64,000 nt of DNA, from assembly GCF_009914755.1 (NCBI RefSeq), contig NC_060939.1. One strand, given 5' to 3'. The stretch's first letter is position 1. The number at the start of each line of letters is the position of its first letter. Source of the stretch: the human T2T-CHM13v2.0 reference genome, Homo sapiens. Of this stretch, positions 57,741 to 64,000 are shown piece after piece. The notes beneath the pieces were generated by a model, which worked only from the letters and a program-made list of their open reading frames with translations, was not told the origin of the DNA and did not search any database. Both the position numbers and the translations under genes were made by a program.

Positions 57741-60081
57741 GTTCAGAAGAAAGAAGGAAAAATAATTTCATAGCATATTATAAAGGAACTACTGGAGAGA
57801 TGCTATCTCTGGGAAAGTTGCGTATCAGGAGAAGTTTCAAGAACAAGTGGTTTCAGAAAGTTTACCAGGAACAGAACGAAACTGAAGATGTGTTCTGCAA
57901 ATCTGAGTAGTAATTCACTGGAATATAGATATAATTGGAGATAAAACTCAACTGAGCAGCCTGTAAGGAAGTTGGTGGGAGAGATGAGGGTTGCCCATAG
58001 ACTGAATTAAAGAGGAGGCCCTGGTTTCAACTCATGAAGATTGTTCAACAAAGACATAAGGCCCACACAGTATGATTCATTATGAAGGTTGGTACAATAG
58101 GGAAGATTGGTAAACTATCCATGCTATTATTCCAAAGGAATCATTCCAAGCAAGGCTGCAAATTATCTTCCCTTCACAATCTGAGGATTATGAAGTGTAG
58201 AGGAGGCATAGGGACCTGCTTCATGGATATATGCAGTATAAATATAAAATAGGGTTTATTGGGGAATAACATACAAGCAAAGAACTGGAGGACACATAAA
58301 ATTTTCGAGCCCTTATTATTCCATAGATAGTCGTGTTTAAATTGGACATAGCTAAACTGGACCTACCTATGGAAGGGATTCACATTTGTAGAGAGAAAGA
58401 GCAGCTAGGAATGTGTAGGTGACGGTAATGGAACTTTTTGAGTTGAGGAAATGACCTTGTTGAAAAGATAGATACTGCCACTAAGCAACTAGAATGAGGC
58501 TGTTCTTACGTTGGACTTAGCTGCTGTGTCAGCTTCTTGCCTAGCTGCCAAATGGGGCAAGGACTATCTGAATTTCTGTCTCAGATAATTTTGGCAAAGA
58601 TTGGAGAAAAGACATAAAAGAAATAATTGGACAGTTTATTTTTCAGGTTAAATTAGACACAGAAACAATTTGTCACAAACTAAAAGAGTATCTTTATTGA
58701 TTTTAGAATTTGATTCTGATTTAAAAGTTTCATGTTTCTTCATGAAAGGGAGAAAAACTGTATCTTTGCAGAAGAAAAGAGATGTCATTTATTTGTCCAG
58801 ATTCAGATATATACTATATCCCAAGAGACTGTGTTAGGTCCTGGAAACTCACTAAAAATATATAGCCTACATAGGAGATCTAAATATGTGGCAAATAGAA
58901 ATAATATCAGATACTGGGAGAGTTTATAGAAGAAACCGCTAACTTCTGATGGAGTGGTTTAGGGACTATTGGTTGGAGGAGGTAGTAGCAAATAAGAGTT
59001 TTGAATTACAGGTGTGAACTAGCAAGATAAAAATCACACTTCATTATTGGAACAGTACACAAATAATCTTGCAGGTGGTGGAGGGGTGACAGTATCATAG
59101 ACTTAAAGAGCTGCTTCACTTTACTTCCACTTAGAAGCCTCTGGTGAAACCTTATGTTTGTTCTTCCTTATCTAGAACACTTTTAAAAAAGTAAACCGTA
59201 TTAAAGTATAAGATTAAGAAAAATTCAGAAATCCTAAGAGTGTGGTTCAGTGAATTTTTGCACAAAGAAGAAGACCGTGTAGCCAGCATATCCCAGAGCA
59301 CCACCCGAGAGGCACTCTATCCTGTCTCCCAGTTGTTTCCCCCTGCCCCAAGGAAGGTCATTATCCTGACTTCTAACACTATAGATTAATTACACCTGTT
59401 GTTGAGTTTATATGAACAGTGTGTCTTCTTTCGCACAATATTACATTTGTGAAATTTATCAGTGGTATTGTTGCATGTAGATATATGTAAGTATATCTTG
59501 TACATTTTCATTGATGTATAATCTATTGTGTCAGTAGAATACAATTTATGTATTTACTTTTTTCTATTGTAAATGGACATTTGGATTGTTTTCTACTTTG
59601 GTACTATTATGAAGACTGTAATTTTGAATATTCTCGATAGTATACGTGAACACTTGGGTAAATAGGAGTGCGGTTGCTGAGTCATAAGGGTATGCATTTG
59701 GTTAGTAGTTGACGGAAGTTTTCTAAAGTAGTTCTACTGGTTTACACTCTGCTGGCAGAGTGTAAGAGTTCTAGCTGCTCCGGTCTTGAGCAATACTGGG
59801 TACTGTCCTTTTCATTTTAGTCATTCTGGTAGGTGAACAATAGTAATTTAATGTTAAGTTTCCATGATGTCTAATGAAGGTGCTCACTTTTTCATATTTT
59901 TATTGGCCATTTAGATATATATCTTCTGTGACTAGTCTGTTCACTTCATTTTGTTTTCTTCTAATGGGCTGCCTGCTTTTTTCTTATTAATATGCATTCT
60001 ATATAATCAGGTGAGTGTTTTGTCCATGATATGCATTATAAATATTAGCTCTAAAACTATGGCTTGCCTTTTCACTTTCTT

Positions 60082-60374
60082 TTTTAAAAATTTTATTTTA
60101 GAGACAGGGTCTTGCTGTGATGCCCAGGCTGGAGTGCAGTGGTGCGATCATAGGTCACTGTAACTCAAACTTTTGGGCTCAAGTGATCCTCTCATCTTCA
60201 CCTCTTGAGTAGGTTGGACTACGGGCATGTACCACTAGGGCCGACCCATTCTTTTATTTTTTTGTAGAGATGGTGTCTCGCCTAGACTGGTCAGGAACTC
60301 CTGGCCTTAAGTGATCCTCCTGCCTTGGCTTCCCAAAGCACTAGGATTACAGGCATGAGCCACCACACCAGGCC
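60082..60374 (-). mobile_element. AluJ-like element
   Basis: Diverged antisense dimer; CACTTTCTT at 60073-60081 and 60377-60385. Confidence 0.88.
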
Positions 60375-61339
60375 TACACTTTCTTAATGTTTTAAAAAAT
60401 CAATAATATTTTAATGGTTTCCCATTTACCTTTTTTTCCCTTTCCTTTATGAGTAGTGCCTTTTGTGTCACGTTTAAGAAATCTTTACTTACCATAAGGC
60501 CATAAAGATATTCTTCTATGCTTTCTTCTGTAAGGACTCTTTTTTTTTAACCTTTCATGTTTTAGACCTGTTATCCATTTGGTGTTTATTTTTGTGTTTG
60601 GTTTGAGGTGTAGGGGTCAGGATTTGTTATTTTCCAGATGGATATTTAGTTGTCCCAGTACAATTTATTGCATAAAACCATCCTTTCCTCACTATATGAC
60701 AGGGTTGCCTTTATCATGAGTCGAGTAACCATATGTGTGTGAAACTGTTTCTAAATTCTCTGTTTTGTTCCATTTGATTATTTGTATATCCTTGCTTAAT
60801 TCTGCACTGTTTTAATTACTATAATTTGATATCTGGTGGTGTAGTTCTGCACCTTTTTTTTTTTTTTCTCAGAACCAGCTGACTATTCTTGCCCTTTTTC
60901 AGAATATCCAAATGAAACCAAGTGTCATTGTTCACTTAAGAAAACAAAAAACCTACTGGAATTTAGATATTTTTTTTCCACTGGATGTAGGGATCTATTT
61001 AGGGAGAATTGAAATCTTTACAGTGTCAAGTCTTGTAATCTATGAACATGTTTGTATTTCATTTGGTTTTCATTAATTCTCTCCATAATGGCTGATAGTT
61101 TTCAAAATAAGTCTTCTACATTTTTGTTATATTTATTAGTAGATATTTGATTTTCTAAAGCATTATTAACATTTCTTCTCAAATTTTATTTTCTGCATAT
61201 TTGCTGCTAAGTATATAAAAGTATACTTAAGAATTGCTAGATGACATGGTAACTCTTAAGTTTAACATTTTGGGAAATGCCAGACTGCCAAAGTGGCTGC
61301 ACCATTTTGCTTTCTGCCTGCCATGTGTCAGCATTCTAA

Positions 61340-61678
<339 letters not shown>

Positions 61679-62989
61679 CTGTCTTTTTTATTGTAGCCAT
61701 CCTGATGGGTATAAACTGGTATCTTGTGGTTTTAGTTTGCATTTCTCTGATGGCTAATGATGTTGAACATCTTTTCATGTGCTTATTGGACATTTGTATA
61801 TCTTCCTTGGAAAAATGTCTATTCAAATCCTTTGCATAATTTTTAATTGTTTTTTAGTTGTATGATCATTTTGAAAGCTGTTTTTATTGGTTGTAGAATT
61901 CTAGATTGGCAGTTTTATTCTCTTAGTACTTTGAAGCAGTTGTCTTCCAACTTCCATTCATTTCTGTTAAGAGGCCAGCTTTTGATCTTAAAAAAAATTT
62001 TTTTTTTAAAGATAATGTGTCTTTCTTTTCTTTTGTTGCTTTAAAGCCTTTTGCTTTTCCTTTGTTAATATACATTTTTACTGTGATGGACCCACAAGGG
62101 GCATGTGTCTTCAGATATTGCTTGTGTCCCATTTTTTTCCTTCTCTGGGATTCTAGTTACATATAACGGTTTTGTATCCCATACATTTCTTATGTATTTT
62201 GTCCTCCTGTATTTTTTACTCTTTTTTTCTCTGTACTTCAGTTTGAATGTTTTCTAGTTATTTTCTAGCAATCTATTTTCTAGTAAGCCTTTCTCCTGCT
62301 TTTTAAAATTAACTGATAAAACAGCCTAGTACGTTCTTAATTTCTGATAATATAGTTTCAATTCTAGAATTTTTTGATTTTTCATTTTTATGGAAATGGC
62401 CCATCTTGTCATCCATTTTCTCCATTTTTAAGCTTTTTTTTAAATATTAGCCATAGTTATCTTTAAGTTCATGTCTGTGAATAGCTATATCTGGATTACC
62501 TGTAAGTCCATATCTGATCCCTTTTTCTCTTTGTTCTCAATTATACGATGCAGTCTTTTGACATGTCTAGTGGTTTTTAATGAGCCTTCAGACCTTGTAT
62601 GTGAAAGAGATTATAGAATCTTAGCATCTCCAGTCTTCCTGCTTTAGCAGCTTTCTGATGTCTTTAAAGAGGTATTTGTTGTATTTCATCCTGTTTTACT
62701 AGTTGATTTCAGTGGGTTCTTTGGTCTTCCAACAACTACTCCCTCTAACCTAAAAGCAGACATCCTCATATACTTAAAAAAAAGAAAGAAAGCAGTTTAA
62801 AAATAAAAGTTTTTTCCAAAGGTTCCAAAGGTAGAGTACAGAGAACGATACTTCAAGGTTTGCTATATTCATTATCCAGAAGTAACATATGTCAGTGCTG
62901 ACACATTTGTTATATGTATTTTTATTTTTATTCATAAAGTGAAAAAAATTAGAGATTTACTGTCCTCTTTATAATTTTTCCTGGTCTCT

Positions 62990-64000
62990 TCCTACTTTCC
63001 TTCTCATAACCACTATCATGAATTTACATTGTGTTTTCTTTATATTTTTTAACAGGTATTATTTAATATTGTTTCAACATGGGTTTAAAGTTTTACATAG
63101 TGACGTTTTCATTTGCACTTGCTTTTTCACTCAGTGTAGTGTTTTGAGATCCATCTGCTCTCATTCAATACAGCTAGTTTTAGGAATAAATATTCTTAAT
63201 TCATCAATACTTCTATCAAAGAACAACTATGTTGTTTCTAATTTTTTACTGTTATAAATGGTGTTGCAGTATACATCTGTTGACCTGTCTCATTATACAT
63301 GGGTAAAAGTTGCTCTGTGATAGTTTCAGAAGGAATTGCTAGGCTGAGTATGTCCATCATCAGCTTTACCATGTTTTCAAGTTGCTTTCCAAAGTGATTG
63401 TACTAGCTACACTGCAGTAAGTTTGTATGATAATTCCTATTTGCCCATATACTTTGCCTTTCCTTCTTTCTGTCTTGTCTGCCTTTCTTTTCTATTTTTT
63501 CTGTCTTTGTCCCTTTTTAAATTTTATTTTATTCTTTTTTCTGGTCTTAGGAAAGTGAAATGCAACCTGTTTTTGTGGTTTGCTTATTTTGTGCTGGGTT
63601 GTTGGTTTTGGTTTTTTTCTCTTAGAAGTTCTTTACATATTCTGGATATTAATTCTGTATGTATTGTCTCTGTTTCAGATAGTATCTTTCAGTCTTTACC
63701 AAAACACTTTGTAAACACTTTTATGACGGGACTTACCATAGTGTTGTATATTGCCCTTATTTCAGTAGATTGTGAGCCTTTTTAAGTGTGTTAAGACTTG
63801 CTTTATTTCCTAAATCAAGATTGGTTTTTTTAAATGTTCCGAATGGAGTTGGGTAAATATGTATTCTTTGATTGTTGGATGCATGCATCTCCATATATCT
63901 TTCAGATAACTCTCATTGTTGTGTTCTAACCTTCCGTATTCTTTGTGACTTTTTGTTTTTTGTTCATTGAGACTTATCAATAATTGTATGTACCACAATG
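62990..64000 (-). mobile_element. Old L1ME-like fragments
   Basis: GGAATTGCTAGG, GCTTTCCAAAGTGATTGTACT, TCTTTACATATTCTGGATATTAAT. Confidence 0.55.

Overview
Primate DNA, almost certainly human, from the 5' part of MEF2A on the + strand. The window is intronic except for two exons: an 82-nt non-coding 5'UTR exon (22168-22249) and a 196-nt exon (56714-56909) carrying the start codon and the first 18 codons of the MADS box (MGRKKIQITRIMDERNRQ). The ORF track misses this coding stretch; its ORFs are repeat-derived or chance. Most of the rest is a layered record of transposable elements: old, mostly antisense L1M fragments, about 17 Alu/FLAM copies (several nested, many with readable target-site duplications), solo LTRs (MER11, MER50, MER21, MST, LTR15-like, MLT1), DNA-transposon fossils, and MIR/L2. 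Subfamily names come from remembered consensus sequences and boundaries of old elements are approximate. I found no convincing new biological system. Best leads: (1) an E2F/GC-box/CHR/3xCCAAT promoter-like cluster at about 20.24-20.46 kb, directly followed by a sense MER11 LTR just upstream of the UTR exon; (2) a minimal uORF in the ATG exon; (3) inverted Alus bracketing the ATG exon, which could give circRNAs with short MADS-arm ORFs; (4) several templated-duplication and fold-back repair scars.
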